This document shows positions 16,268 to 25,812 of a stretch of DNA of 64,000 nt, piece after piece. The stretch lies in IMG/VR virus record IMGVR_UViG_3300044701_002789, positions 62,001 to 126,000 of that record. One strand, written 5' to 3'. The notes under the pieces are model-generated. The model was not told the origin of the DNA. It saw nothing but the letters and a program-made list of their open reading frames with translations, and ran no database searches. Position numbers and translations under genes: made by a program. The first letter of the stretch is position 1. The number at the start of each line of letters is the position of its first letter.

Positions 16268-17644
16268 TTAGAATGTAAATCCTCCAAATTTGTTTTTAAA
16301 TGATTGCTTTTGTTGTTCTTCATCATCATACTCGGATTCCTTTCCATTGTCAAGGATATCCTTTTGAGCACTCTGCTCAACATCATATAATCTCATTTTT
16401 GCTCTATCAATTCCAACAACAAATCGTTTATGAAGTGTTGGGTCAGAGTATCTATTCTTCAACTGTTTAACCATAATCTGTCCCATTTCCTCTAATTCTT
16501 CAGTAGATATTAAAGCAAACATGAGATCAGCAGTTGCTGGCAAACCAAAAGATTCTGAAGTGTCTGTCAATTCTGGATCAGAAGAACCATATCCAGATCT
16601 TGTGGTTTGGGTAGCACTAAGGATTGGGACATTAGATTCAACAGCAAGTCCACGAAGTTCTTCGGCAATTGCTTTAATATATGAATATGAATTTATGTTA
16701 CTATTACCCTTATATCTGGATGAAGAACATATGTTCAAATAGTCAATAAAAATAATATCCGGTTTAAATGATTTCTTAAGTGCTAATTCATTTAAGAGTG
16801 CCTTAAAATGTCCAGCATGAGCAGATGCAGTTGGATATTCTTTAATGATCAATGTGCCGTGAGATTTCTTTGCTAGATTTAATACTTTATTTTCAAAAAT
16901 AGTTTTAGGTAAATTGACAATATCAGTGATGTTTACATTGAATAAATTAGCGTCTATTCTTTCTGCAATTTTCTCTTCTGCCATTTCTAGAGTAATGTAT
17001 AACACATTTTTACTTTGTATTAATGCTGAAGCGGCAAAATGACACAACGCTAAACTTTTACCAACACCAGTTCCTGCAAGAATTATATTCAAAGTTTTAT
17101 TAGGAAGACCACCCTTCGTAATTCTATTAAAATACTCCAAATCAAATTCTATCTTATCTTCAGTTTTATGATAAAGTTCGTATCTTTTCTCATAATCCAA
17201 AAGATAATCATGTCCAATGTGATTATCAAAAGACACTGCCAAAGCATCTTGTAAAATTGATGGAATTGCATCCCGGTTAGTCCCTCCAGCAAGTTGAAGG
17301 GACTCCATCAGTGCCAAAAAAATAGCACGATCGCGACACCACTTTTCGGTAGTGTCAATTAACCATTTCTGCTCAACTACAATTTCATCAAGGTTCTTCA
17401 CCAAACCCATGATTTTTTTATAACCTTGTTCAGTTAAATCGGTTCTTTTTTGTATTTCAATAGAAAGAACCTCTTTTGTAGGAACATTATTATAAGTTAA
17501 AACAAACTTAGAAATTTCTTCAAATACAATTTTTTGTTCTTGGTCTTCAAAATATTCTGGGGTAATAAAAGGAAGTACCTTTCTTAAATAATCTTCATTG
17601 TTAATTAGACTCCTGAGAACTAAAAATTCAATCTTCTCCATCAA
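16268..17644 (-). CDS. gp41: Replicative helicase gp41
   Basis: Walker A AGTGVGKS; YITLEMAEE; IDYLNI; SESFGLPATAD. Confidence 0.95.
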   Translation of the reverse strand: MMEKIEFLVLRSLINNEDYLRKVLPFITPEYFEDQEQKIVFEEISKFVLTYNNVPTKEVLSIEIQKRTDLTEQGYKKIMGLVKNLDEIVVEQKWLIDTTEKWCRDRAIFLALMESLQLAGGTNRDAIPSILQDALAVSFDNHIGHDYLLDYEKRYELYHKTEDKIEFDLEYFNRITKGGLPNKTLNIILAGTGVGKSLALCHFAASALIQSKNVLYITLEMAEEKIAERIDANLFNVNITDIVNLPKTIFENKVLNLAKKSHGTLIIKEYPTASAHAGHFKALLNELALKKSFKPDIIFIDYLNICSSSRYKGNSNINSYSYIKAIAEELRGLAVESNVPILSATQTTRSGYGSSDPELTDTSESFGLPATADLMFALISTEELEEMGQIMVKQLKNRYSDPTLHKRFVVGIDRAKMRLYDVEQSAQKDILDNGKESEYDDEEQQKQSFKNKFGGFTF

Positions 17645-18680
17645 GTTCCTCTTCTGTATCTACTTCTAGTTTTAACTTAGAATTTCCATAACTAAATTTA
17701 TGCTTAGCAATCTCGTCTAGTTTATCCATAAGATCCTTAGTAAAATACTTTTCCGGATCAGATAAAATAGTTTTTTCTGCAACTTTCTTCCCATTTATTT
17801 CATATCTACCGGCAGATCTTTTCCACATTCCACCATACTCTCCAAGTTGAAGAAGACCGTAATAACGATCTAATCCTCTTTGATCATAGTACAGTTTGAT
17901 TTCTACCTCTTGGTTCTCTTTACTCAAACGAGATTTATAAGTTCTTGCTCTGATTAAATTACCAACTACATCGGTTCCATCCTTTTCCTTACTCTTAGAA
18001 AGGTATATGATTGTAGAAGCAGCATATCGCAAACCTGAACCACCAGACATTTCTTTAGAAGAATACAAACTCATAGAGTCATATACATGATTGGTAACAA
18101 TCATTGGAATATTTGCTTGTCCCAACTTAAGGGTAAGCATTCGGAATGCTCCCTTAATCAGTTGAGGTTTTGTCATGTCCCTTGTATCCTTCTCTGCTAG
18201 TGTATCAGTAATCTCCTTATTTGTTGATAACATTCCCAGACTGTCTAAAACAAATATACATGGTTTTCTTTCATCTTCCGGTTTTTTCTGATAGATATCA
18301 ACTGCCTTAAGTGTCTTTGCTCTAAATTCTTCAACAGTGACAACATTGATTACGACAACTCTAGAAGTATCTAATCCTCTACTTTCTAACAATGCTTTAG
18401 TTATTGCAGATTCAGTATCAAAATATAAACAATAACCATCTGGATTATTTTCCAAAAAATTCTTAACCATCGCTAAAGCAAAAAAGGTTTTACCTGTTGC
18501 TTGCTCACCTGCAATCGCAGTGATTTTATTTCCAGAAACACCACTGTAAATACTACCAGACACTAAAGCATTGAAGATATAAGATCCAGTATCCACATAT
18601 GTTTCATCTTCAACAATATTTGAAGCAAGTTGTGCGTATTCTCCACCAATTTCTTTTACAAGGTCTTTTAAAAAATCCAT
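17628..18680 (-). CDS. uvsX: RecA-like recombinase UvsX
   Basis: GEQATGKT Walker A; LDSLGMLST; VTNHVY. Confidence 0.93.
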   Translation of the reverse strand: MDFLKDLVKEIGGEYAQLASNIVEDETYVDTGSYIFNALVSGSIYSGVSGNKITAIAGEQATGKTFFALAMVKNFLENNPDGYCLYFDTESAITKALLESRGLDTSRVVVINVVTVEEFRAKTLKAVDIYQKKPEDERKPCIFVLDSLGMLSTNKEITDTLAEKDTRDMTKPQLIKGAFRMLTLKLGQANIPMIVTNHVYDSMSLYSSKEMSGGSGLRYAASTIIYLSKSKEKDGTDVVGNLIRARTYKSRLSKENQEVEIKLYYDQRGLDRYYGLLQLGEYGGMWKRSAGRYEINGKKVAEKTILSDPEKYFTKDLMDKLDEIAKHKFSYGNSKLKLEVDTEEELDGED

Positions 18681-18806
18681 TTAATTTCTATCCTTATTTT
18701 TAAGTTTATATCTATAAGACCATAATCTACCATAAAGTTCAGAATTTTTATATTTAACTAACTCTATAATTAAATCTAGGTCTTTTTTGGTTATAGGCAA
18801 TTCCAT
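18681..18806 (-). CDS. Small hypothetical protein (41 aa)
   Basis: MELPITKKDL...LYGRLWSYR fills the gp43-uvsX gap; start reassigned to ATG 18806. Confidence 0.6.
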   Translation of the reverse strand: MELPITKKDLDLIIELVKYKNSELYGRLWSYRYKLKNKDRN

Positions 18807-18813
18807 TATAAGT

Positions 18814-21312
18814 CTAAGTGAAAAAGGAATCAAGAGTTGCTTTCCTTTCGGAATTCCACCCAATAGATCTCAAAATAGTATTCAACGGTTCAAGAAATCC
18901 CTTTTCAAACTGCGTATCATAATCCACATAAGGAATTAGGTCAAGTTCTTTTGGAAACTCCTGAATAAAAGAAATCACATTCTCATAGATTGGGTTTGGT
19001 TTTTTCAAATAGCAAAATTTTACCTTTTCGCCATTTTGAATCAATGAATACTTTTTATCCAACTCTTTCTTTTTAATATAATAGTTAAAAAGAAGAGCAC
19101 CACGAACTGCTATGGGAGTACTTTTTTCGTAGATTGATTGGACACAACTGTATTTTGTCAGATCATTCACAGATCGGGGGAAAGAAATGTCTTCTGGTGT
19201 TAGAGTTTTAAATTCTGAACGACAGTTTTCCACAAATGAAATTATATCATCTTCAGTTCCGCTCATAAGGATTTTAAAGGAATCTTTTAGCATTTTGCGA
19301 CATGGTGCCGGTGTTGAAGATTTGATTGCTTCAATTCCTTTAATTTTAAGTTTCGGTTCAGAATACCGCACACCTTCACTATCCCATACGCTCAAAATGT
19401 AACGCTTTTTTGCAGTCCAAATGCCACGCTCAGCAATACACTCCCTCTTCATTACCATTTTTTGCTCATAGGCATTTACATAGTCGGCCAGTTTTTGGTA
19501 AGAACTTTCAATATACTTTTCAAATTCCACCTGACAGACCTTATCAAGGAACGAAACAACGCTTTCAGTAATTTTCTCTCTTCCAGCGAATACCTTTTCA
19601 ACCAAAGGACCCATATTGATATAGAGAGAGTCAGTATCAGAAGCAATAACATAGTCTACTCCATCAGTTTTCAACGTCTTGTTTAAATAAGTGTTCATCT
19701 TATTCATAATCCACTGAATGGATACTTGCCCAGAAAGAGTAATGGCCTCAGCATTTTCTAATTTATAGTATCTAAAGTATTGATTTCCGATAGCACCATA
19801 AGCAGAGTTAAGTTGAATTTTTCTTGCCATCTGAATATTATTACATCTGGCAATCTCTTTTATGAGATCTTTCTTCTTTGTTTTTTCATACTCCTGTTCG
19901 GCAGCAAGCATTTTTTTCTTGAATATGGAACGTTCACTATAAATTTTTTCCATCAACTCTGGAAGAAAACCACGAACATCTTTCCTGAACATCGCCCCAT
20001 TTGCACATATGGCATAATTATTATATTTCTCAAAATCAAGTTCTTGATTAAGAATTCTATCAACATTTACTGTAGGATGTTTTTCATCCATAAGTGTTTC
20101 TGGAGAAATATTATATTGCATGATGAGGTGGGGATAAAGTGAGTTCAAGTCAAAACTCACAACCCATTCATAAACACCAGGAATCGGTTCTTTTACATAT
20201 GCTCCAGCATACTTTTCATTCTTTTCTGTTCTGTCTCTTTGTGGAATGACAACATTTCTTTTCTTTAAGTAGTTGTATATAATATTGTCCCACATGCGAA
20301 CTTGAGAAAAAACATCCTCATAGTTTGTTTTTGCATCATATGCCATAGTAATGGCAAGTTCAATAAGTTTTAACTTATCTTCTAGACGGTCTACAAGTTC
20401 TACGTCAACAATGTTATATTCTACAAATTTTTGCCATCCTTTAGTATAAAAATCCTTGAAGGTATCAAACTCCGAGTGGTCAAGTTTCTTTTGCCCCAAC
20501 TCTTGTGAGGCAATGTAATCAAGTCGGTAAGACTCTTGTGGTGGAGTTCCAGGAGACCACTTATACAGTTTTAAATAATCAAGTTGGGTAATTCCGCCTA
20601 TATCTATGCAAATTTGATTCCGATTATTTATCCAAACTTCATTTTGCGTAATGAGACCCCAAGGCGAAAATCTTTTCATTCTCTTTTCACCAAGAACACG
20701 CAACAAACGCCCACAAATATAAGGAACGTCAAAAAATTCAATGTTCCATCCAGTCAAAACTTCTGGAGGATTAAACTCCCAATAATTTATGAAGCGATTA
20801 AGCAAATCATATTCAGAAGCACATTCAATGTATTTTACATTTTTTTGTTTGTTCGTAAAGGGTTTGGTTCCCCAAGTAGTTATTTGTTTGCTTGAATAGT
20901 CCTGAATTGTAATTAGCAGTATTTCTTCATCGCAGGATTTTGTATCCGGAAAACCATTTTCAGATGTAGTCTCAATATCAAGGGTTACTAATTTAATCTT
21001 TGTGATATCAAACTTAATTTCATCTTCCGGATACTTGTCGGAAATATACTGATAGACATATCTTTCATTTCCATATACATTAAAGTTTTCAATTCCATCA
21101 TACTTTTTATATAATTCTCTACATTCTCGCACAGATCCTGGTTTAATTGCTTCTACATATTCACCATCTAAGGTTTTATATTTTGTAGGAATATTTGATT
21201 TCAGAAAAAGAGTAGGTGAATACTCTTCTTTGAACATAACATGCTCACCATTATCATAACCTCTAACCAGGAAATTATTCCCGATCATTTGGACATTTGT
21301 GTAAAATTTCAT
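18814..21312 (-). CDS. gp43: Family B DNA polymerase gp43
   Basis: Exonuclease DIET; FDLNSLYP; KIQLNSAYG; ASDTDS. Confidence 0.97.
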   Translation of the reverse strand: MKFYTNVQMIGNNFLVRGYDNGEHVMFKEEYSPTLFLKSNIPTKYKTLDGEYVEAIKPGSVRECRELYKKYDGIENFNVYGNERYVYQYISDKYPEDEIKFDITKIKLVTLDIETTSENGFPDTKSCDEEILLITIQDYSSKQITTWGTKPFTNKQKNVKYIECASEYDLLNRFINYWEFNPPEVLTGWNIEFFDVPYICGRLLRVLGEKRMKRFSPWGLITQNEVWINNRNQICIDIGGITQLDYLKLYKWSPGTPPQESYRLDYIASQELGQKKLDHSEFDTFKDFYTKGWQKFVEYNIVDVELVDRLEDKLKLIELAITMAYDAKTNYEDVFSQVRMWDNIIYNYLKKRNVVIPQRDRTEKNEKYAGAYVKEPIPGVYEWVVSFDLNSLYPHLIMQYNISPETLMDEKHPTVNVDRILNQELDFEKYNNYAICANGAMFRKDVRGFLPELMEKIYSERSIFKKKMLAAEQEYEKTKKKDLIKEIARCNNIQMARKIQLNSAYGAIGNQYFRYYKLENAEAITLSGQVSIQWIMNKMNTYLNKTLKTDGVDYVIASDTDSLYINMGPLVEKVFAGREKITESVVSFLDKVCQVEFEKYIESSYQKLADYVNAYEQKMVMKRECIAERGIWTAKKRYILSVWDSEGVRYSEPKLKIKGIEAIKSSTPAPCRKMLKDSFKILMSGTEDDIISFVENCRSEFKTLTPEDISFPRSVNDLTKYSCVQSIYEKSTPIAVRGALLFNYYIKKKELDKKYSLIQNGEKVKFCYLKKPNPIYENVISFIQEFPKELDLIPYVDYDTQFEKGFLEPLNTILRSIGWNSERKATLDSFFT

Positions 21313-21584
21313 TTGGTAATATTTTGATACTTTCCGAGAATGATTTCTTTAGGGTTAGTGACAGTAAAAAATTTATCAGAATGTACTAAGAAAGTATCTT
21401 GGGATGAATAGTCAGATAACCATGGAGAAAGAGTACTGTCCGAATTTATTATGAAGGGTTTTATTAGTTTCCAATCAGGATCTCCGAGAACAGCATCAAC
21501 TTCCTCAACTTCACTAATAATTGCGGTTCCATTATCAAATATAAGAATCTTAATTTTTTCCATTTTGCTCATCTCCAGATACAC
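21309..21584 (-). CDS. Hypothetical protein (true start probably 21563 or 21572)
   Basis: Resembles the neighbouring 21550 ORF (both start K.LI/AIL..G..IIS and end with W/P-containing motifs). Confidence 0.7.
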   Translation of the reverse strand: MYLEMSKMEKIKILIFDNGTAIISEVEEVDAVLGDPDWKLIKPFIINSDSTLSPWLSDYSSQDTFLVHSDKFFTVTNPKEIILGKYQNITK

Positions 21585-21861
21585 GGTTTTCGTAAAGTTC
21601 TTTTAATCTATCAACTGGTTCCACTATGGTAACAATCCACTCAGGATGTATTTCCACAGTTCTATCTTTAGATAGAATAGGCCAGTTATTCAAAGTTATG
21701 CTATGAGTAAAATCACCACCATTTAAAGCATAAGATCCTGCTAATTTGACCTCACAAGGATCCTCAAAAATATAATACATTAATGATTCTTGATAATATG
21801 CTTCTTTGATATTGGAGATTAAATTTTCCCCAGATTTTAGAATTGCAAGTTTTACAGTCAT
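21550..21861 (-). CDS. Hypothetical protein
   Basis: MTVKLAILKSGENLIS...; start reassigned downstream of the promoter at 21883-21911. Confidence 0.7.
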   Translation of the reverse strand: MTVKLAILKSGENLISNIKEAYYQESLMYYIFEDPCEVKLAGSYALNGGDFTHSITLNNWPILSKDRTVEIHPEWIVTIVEPVDRLKELYENRVSGDEQNGKN

Positions 21862-21882
21862 ATCAGTCGTACACCAATACAC

Positions 21883-21945
21883 ATTATACCACAAAAAAAT
21901 GGGGGAGTCAACCTGGATTTTGCCAGGAACTCCCCCATGCGGCGA
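21883..21945 (-). promoter_or_regulatory. hsp20 terminator overlapping a consensus sigma70 promoter
   Basis: GGGGGAGT/ACTCCCCC + T7; TTGACT (21906-21911)-17-TATAAT (21883-21888) with extended TG. Confidence 0.75.
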
Positions 21946-21965
21946 TGATAGTTAATACTATTTAT

Positions 21966-22400
21966 TTAAAAATAATCTTTTCTTTTATGATGCTCAGGAA
22001 CAATTTTTCTAATATTAATAATTAGAAGTCCATCTTCAAATGTTGCATCTTTTACTTCTGTATCATCTGCCATAGTCCATGACCTCTTAAAAGATCTCTG
22101 CGCTAATCCCTTATGGACATAATCGGTATCAGTTTCCTTATCTTCTTTTTGCCCCTCCACAAAAAGTTTCCCATCTTGGGTATACACATAAACTTCTTTT
22201 TTCTTAAATCCAGCAAGAGCAATTTCAAGTCTAGATTCTACATTACTAACTTGCACAAGATTATATGGAGGATAATTTGTTGTAGTTTCGTGTAACGTCA
22301 ATAAGCGATGAAAATATTCATCCATTCCAATACTGTATCTACCAATTCTATCCATTATTGCAGAAAGATCTGCTGTAGTATATCGGGAAAGATTATTCAT
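21966..22400 (-). CDS. hsp20: Small heat-shock protein Hsp20
   Basis: YPPYNL...LEIALAGF...KGLAQRSF...ATFEDGLL alpha-crystallin motifs. Confidence 0.93.
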   Translation of the reverse strand: MNNLSRYTTADLSAIMDRIGRYSIGMDEYFHRLLTLHETTTNYPPYNLVQVSNVESRLEIALAGFKKKEVYVYTQDGKLFVEGQKEDKETDTDYVHKGLAQRSFKRSWTMADDTEVKDATFEDGLLIINIRKIVPEHHKRKDYF

Positions 22401-22490
22401 AATAGTTCTCCTTTTTAAGCGAGTTTGTTTTTGACCCTTTCGGCGCCAATTAACAATGGGTAGATTTTAGTCTCACCCATCACTATTATA
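22401..22490 (-). promoter_or_regulatory. ROSE-like three-hairpin 5' UTR of hsp20
   Basis: TCGCT (UYGCU) pairs with the SD AAGGAG leaving a bulged G; two upstream hairpins; TATAAT at 22485-22490. Confidence 0.55.
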
Positions 22491-22504
22491 TATTAGATTT
22501 CAAT

Positions 22505-22528
22505 AAAAAGGGGAGTGTAGAACTCCCC
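22505..22528 (-). terminator. Intrinsic terminator after regA
   Basis: GGGGAGT/ACTCCCC followed by T5. Confidence 0.75.
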
Positions 22529-22533
22529 ACTTT

Positions 22534-22974
22534 TCATTCGGTTTCCTGAACCTTTACTTTTTTCCCGATATTATATTTTTGCTCAAGTTCCCACTCTCCT
22601 TTCTCCCGATAAGAAATTACCTTGATCTGGTTAAGTGGTGCAATGTCTAATATTTTATCAGTATCAACTACTGCGATTAGACCCCAATCGGAAAGCAAAC
22701 GTATAATTCTATTTCTTCGTTGAATATCGTTTACCGTAAGATTTGCGTGCTTACCATCAAGAGCAAAAAGTTCCTTAAAACTTACAATATAATATCTACC
22801 TTGCTTATGTAAAATGTGGCAAGATTGATACAGTTTCTTTTCTTTTCTTGATGCAACCCCAATCCTTGTCAAAGTCTCACGAACTTTCAAGAAATCATCA
22901 GGTTCATTAAGAATGACCTCCACCATCATGTTTGGAGACCAGTTTACTTGTGGTTCAATTGTTTGATTCGTCAT
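22534..22974 (-). CDS. regA: Translational repressor RegA
   Basis: DDFLKVRETLTRIG...LYQSCHILHKQGRYYIV.FKELF. Confidence 0.95.
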   Translation of the reverse strand: MTNQTIEPQVNWSPNMMVEVILNEPDDFLKVRETLTRIGVASRKEKKLYQSCHILHKQGRYYIVSFKELFALDGKHANLTVNDIQRRNRIIRLLSDWGLIAVVDTDKILDIAPLNQIKVISYREKGEWELEQKYNIGKKVKVQETE

Positions 22975-23357
22975 TTTGTTCCGCCTGTGTCAAGTCGTTT
23001 TTTTATAAAGTCAATCTGTTCTTTATTTAGAATTTTTAAAGCTTGTAATGCTTTTTCATTATTATAACCATAATATTTTTTTATGTATTCTAAATCCGTG
23101 ACCTTATCTTTTCGGATCCAAGGAGAAAATCTTTTCCTTTTCCTTAAAGTATTTAGATAAAACGCATATTGCATATCTTTATCTATATGACTATTCATGT
23201 TCATTTCATTAGCAAATAATATTGCATCAATATGACCAGATAGACATTTATTTATAATATAAGGTGGATAATCCTTGATGGAAGTTGGATCTTCGTTCAT
23301 CAAGTTCTTTTTAGTATTATTAATAGAATTCAACCAATCCTTTAATTCATGTGTCAT
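22971..23357 (-). CDS. gp62: Clamp loader small subunit gp62
   Basis: YPPYIINKCLS...ANEMN...KRKRFSPW...YYGYNNEKA. Confidence 0.9.
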   Translation of the reverse strand: MTHELKDWLNSINNTKKNLMNEDPTSIKDYPPYIINKCLSGHIDAILFANEMNMNSHIDKDMQYAFYLNTLRKRKRFSPWIRKDKVTDLEYIKKYYGYNNEKALQALKILNKEQIDFIKKRLDTGGTK

Positions 23358-24418
23358 CTAATAATCTCCAATTCACTGCCGGGTTCCCATATCTCTAAGG
23401 TAGTTCTCAATCTGTTTTCTTCAATTAGTTTTTCATACCTTTTAGATGATTTTTTCTTCCACCAAGTAATAACATCATTGACATCATGCTTAAACTCAGA
23501 AATATAATACCTTTTCTTTTCTGTTAATTTTTTAGCATTTTCAATTGCAGTATTGAATTGATTCAACTTGGTCTCATCCTTTAATGAATTTCGGATAATA
23601 GAAATCATCTTTTGCTGGATTTTCAATTTTTTGGAAGACTTGTCTGCAGGAACCAATCGTTCCCCATTATTTCTCTCATTGAACCACCAAAAGAAATCTC
23701 TAAATTCATCATCATGGAATAATGGAAGAAAATTACTTTCAGTGTCCCCAATATGTTTGAGATATGGTTTAAGACCATCATACATGGAAACGCCCTTAGT
23801 TGTTCCGTACAATGAAGTAGTCTCAAAATATTTTAAATCTGTACCATACTTTGTATCAAATTGATTTTTGAGTTCTTTAGAGCACGCTAAAAGCGCAAGA
23901 AGTTTACCCCCAAGATAATTATATCCAAATGGTTGAACAGGTACAATATTAAACGCCATCACGAATTCATTATTAATAGTTTCCAGAGGAAGAACTTTAT
24001 TAAAGTATTCGTTTCTTGGTTTTGAGTTAATAGTCGGAGACCCAAATCTAACTACCCCAAGAACCTTTTTAGTGTTAGTTTCTTCAACTATCCATTTATG
24101 GGTTCTACCTGGAATTGCTTCTTCTACGGCATTTGAAGCAGTTAAATTTAAAGTTTCCGAATACAACCACTGATTAAATTTAGATGTAGGTTTGGAACTT
24201 GTATCAACAACATGAATACAAATATCCATATCATTTGGATGCATTTGAAATGCATCAAACATTTCAGTTTCCGCACCAAACAAACATCCAGATCTAGAAG
24301 TTATTCTGTCTTTCTTCACAAAACGAAGATAATCATCAATACGATTAAATTGAGAATAGTAATTTATAAACTTATCTGCCGCATAAATGGCATCTTGTTC
24401 GGTTAAAATCAGTGTCAT
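23354..24418 (-). CDS. DUF4338-family (Druantia DruA-like / Mom-related) protein
   Basis: GYNYLGGKLLALL, ETTSLYG and YDGLKPY..IGDT motifs. Confidence 0.65.
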   Translation of the reverse strand: MTLILTEQDAIYAADKFINYYSQFNRIDDYLRFVKKDRITSRSGCLFGAETEMFDAFQMHPNDMDICIHVVDTSSKPTSKFNQWLYSETLNLTASNAVEEAIPGRTHKWIVEETNTKKVLGVVRFGSPTINSKPRNEYFNKVLPLETINNEFVMAFNIVPVQPFGYNYLGGKLLALLACSKELKNQFDTKYGTDLKYFETTSLYGTTKGVSMYDGLKPYLKHIGDTESNFLPLFHDDEFRDFFWWFNERNNGERLVPADKSSKKLKIQQKMISIIRNSLKDETKLNQFNTAIENAKKLTEKKRYYISEFKHDVNDVITWWKKKSSKRYEKLIEENRLRTTLEIWEPGSELEIIR

Positions 24419-24431
24419 TTAAATTCACACC

Positions 24432-25376
24432 CTAACGAAATTCGCATTCACACATTAACTCAGTAAGACATGCCAAAAGATTGATCTCTTGGTCCGCAAC
24501 AAATGCACACTGATATTGATACTTTGCAATAATAAGAACCGCAGCAGGAATTGACAATGGAACTAAGTGCTCATAAAATGCGTCATATATTCTTCTCATT
24601 ATCCTGGATGTATCATTATCCAAGTTGGAAACTACCCATTTACGAACTTCCGGAAAGTTCTTAGATTTCATATTTTTGATCAACTCCGTTACAGAAATAT
24701 CAGAGAAAGATGCGAGAATACCCGCATCAATTTTTCCACTTGTAGAATATCTCTGACATTCATTGAGAATACGTCTAAAATCTGGGAAATATTTTGTGAT
24801 CAGTTCAGCGAGAATTTTGTCTTCATATTGAATGTTTTCTAAATCTAAGATTGTTTGCAGTCTTTTAAAGAATGCTCCCGCAAGTTGCGTCTTTTGCTTT
24901 CCTTTAATTGAGAAATCAATTACTGCGCAGCGAGAATGAAGGGGTTCAATAATTTTGTTTTTATAGTTGCATGTGAAGATAAATCTACAGTTATTGTAGA
25001 ACGCTTCAATGTTTGCTCGCAAAAGAAGTTGAACATCATTGCCAGTATTATCTGCTTCATCAATAATAATAACTTTGTGCTTGGAAGATTCAACTAAAGA
25101 TACAGTAGAAGCAAAATTCTTTGCTTGATTTCTCACCGTGTCCAAAAATCGTCCTTCATCAGATCCATTAATAACATATGAATCAACACCCAGTTCATTG
25201 CAAAGCGCCTTTGCAATTGTGGTCTTACCAATTCCAGGAGGTCCAGAAAGCAGAAGATTTGGAATCTCTCCTTTCTCCACAAACTCCTTAAATGTTTTTT
25301 TGATGTCATCAGGAAGAATACAATCCTCAATTACTTGGGGACGATATTTTTCAAATAAAAGAAATTCACTTGTCAT
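24432..25376 (-). CDS. gp44: Clamp loader large subunit gp44
   Basis: EKYRP, GPPGIGKT, IIDEAD, SRC motif, FPDFRR. Confidence 0.95.
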   Translation of the reverse strand: MTSEFLLFEKYRPQVIEDCILPDDIKKTFKEFVEKGEIPNLLLSGPPGIGKTTIAKALCNELGVDSYVINGSDEGRFLDTVRNQAKNFASTVSLVESSKHKVIIIDEADNTGNDVQLLLRANIEAFYNNCRFIFTCNYKNKIIEPLHSRCAVIDFSIKGKQKTQLAGAFFKRLQTILDLENIQYEDKILAELITKYFPDFRRILNECQRYSTSGKIDAGILASFSDISVTELIKNMKSKNFPEVRKWVVSNLDNDTSRIMRRIYDAFYEHLVPLSIPAAVLIIAKYQYQCAFVADQEINLLACLTELMCECEFR

Positions 25377-25384
25377 AATTAAAA

Positions 25385-25699
25385 TTAGTATGCTTCAATG
25401 TTTGGTTGAATGATCGCTTTGTTATATGGATCATTAGGATTTTTTATATTAATATATCTTCTTATTGATGATGACATAATCTTAGCATCAACTCTTTCGG
25501 GTTGTTTAGTAACTGCCACTCCATCAACAAACCATACAGTGTACTCTTCGCAACTATCATTGAAATACTTCAGAATTTGCCAGTGAGTGGTAGTAAATAG
25601 AATATCTTGCTCTAACTCATCAGCAGAAGCATAATTTAGAAAAACAGAATATAGATATGAATCTAACTTTTTTGATGGATTAAAAAGATAATTTTCCAT
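25385..25699 (-). CDS. Hypothetical protein
   Basis: 104-aa ORF between gp45 and gp44. Confidence 0.65.
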   Translation of the reverse strand: MENYLFNPSKKLDSYLYSVFLNYASADELEQDILFTTTHWQILKYFNDSCEEYTVWFVDGVAVTKQPERVDAKIMSSSIRRYINIKNPNDPYNKAIIQPNIEAY

Positions 25700-25812
25700 T
25701 ATATATTTTTGTCACTAAGTATAAAGAGAATCAAATTCAACCCTAAATTGGGATGCTTTATAGATCCTTTAAGTTTCCAAAGTATTAAAGCTTGAGTAAA
25801 ACTTAGTCTCAT
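25699..25812 (-). CDS. 37-aa peptide, not in the ORF track
   Basis: ATG overlaps the gp45 stop (ATGA) and TAA overlaps the next ATG (TAATG); MRLSFTQALILWKLKGSIKHPNLGLNLILFILSDKNI. Confidence 0.5.
   Translation of the reverse strand: MRLSFTQALILWKLKGSIKHPNLGLNLILFILSDKNI

Noticed and set aside
16267-16386. N-terminal extension of mazG
   Set aside because: Lies inside gp41 in another frame; ATG 16266 follows the gp41 stop directly
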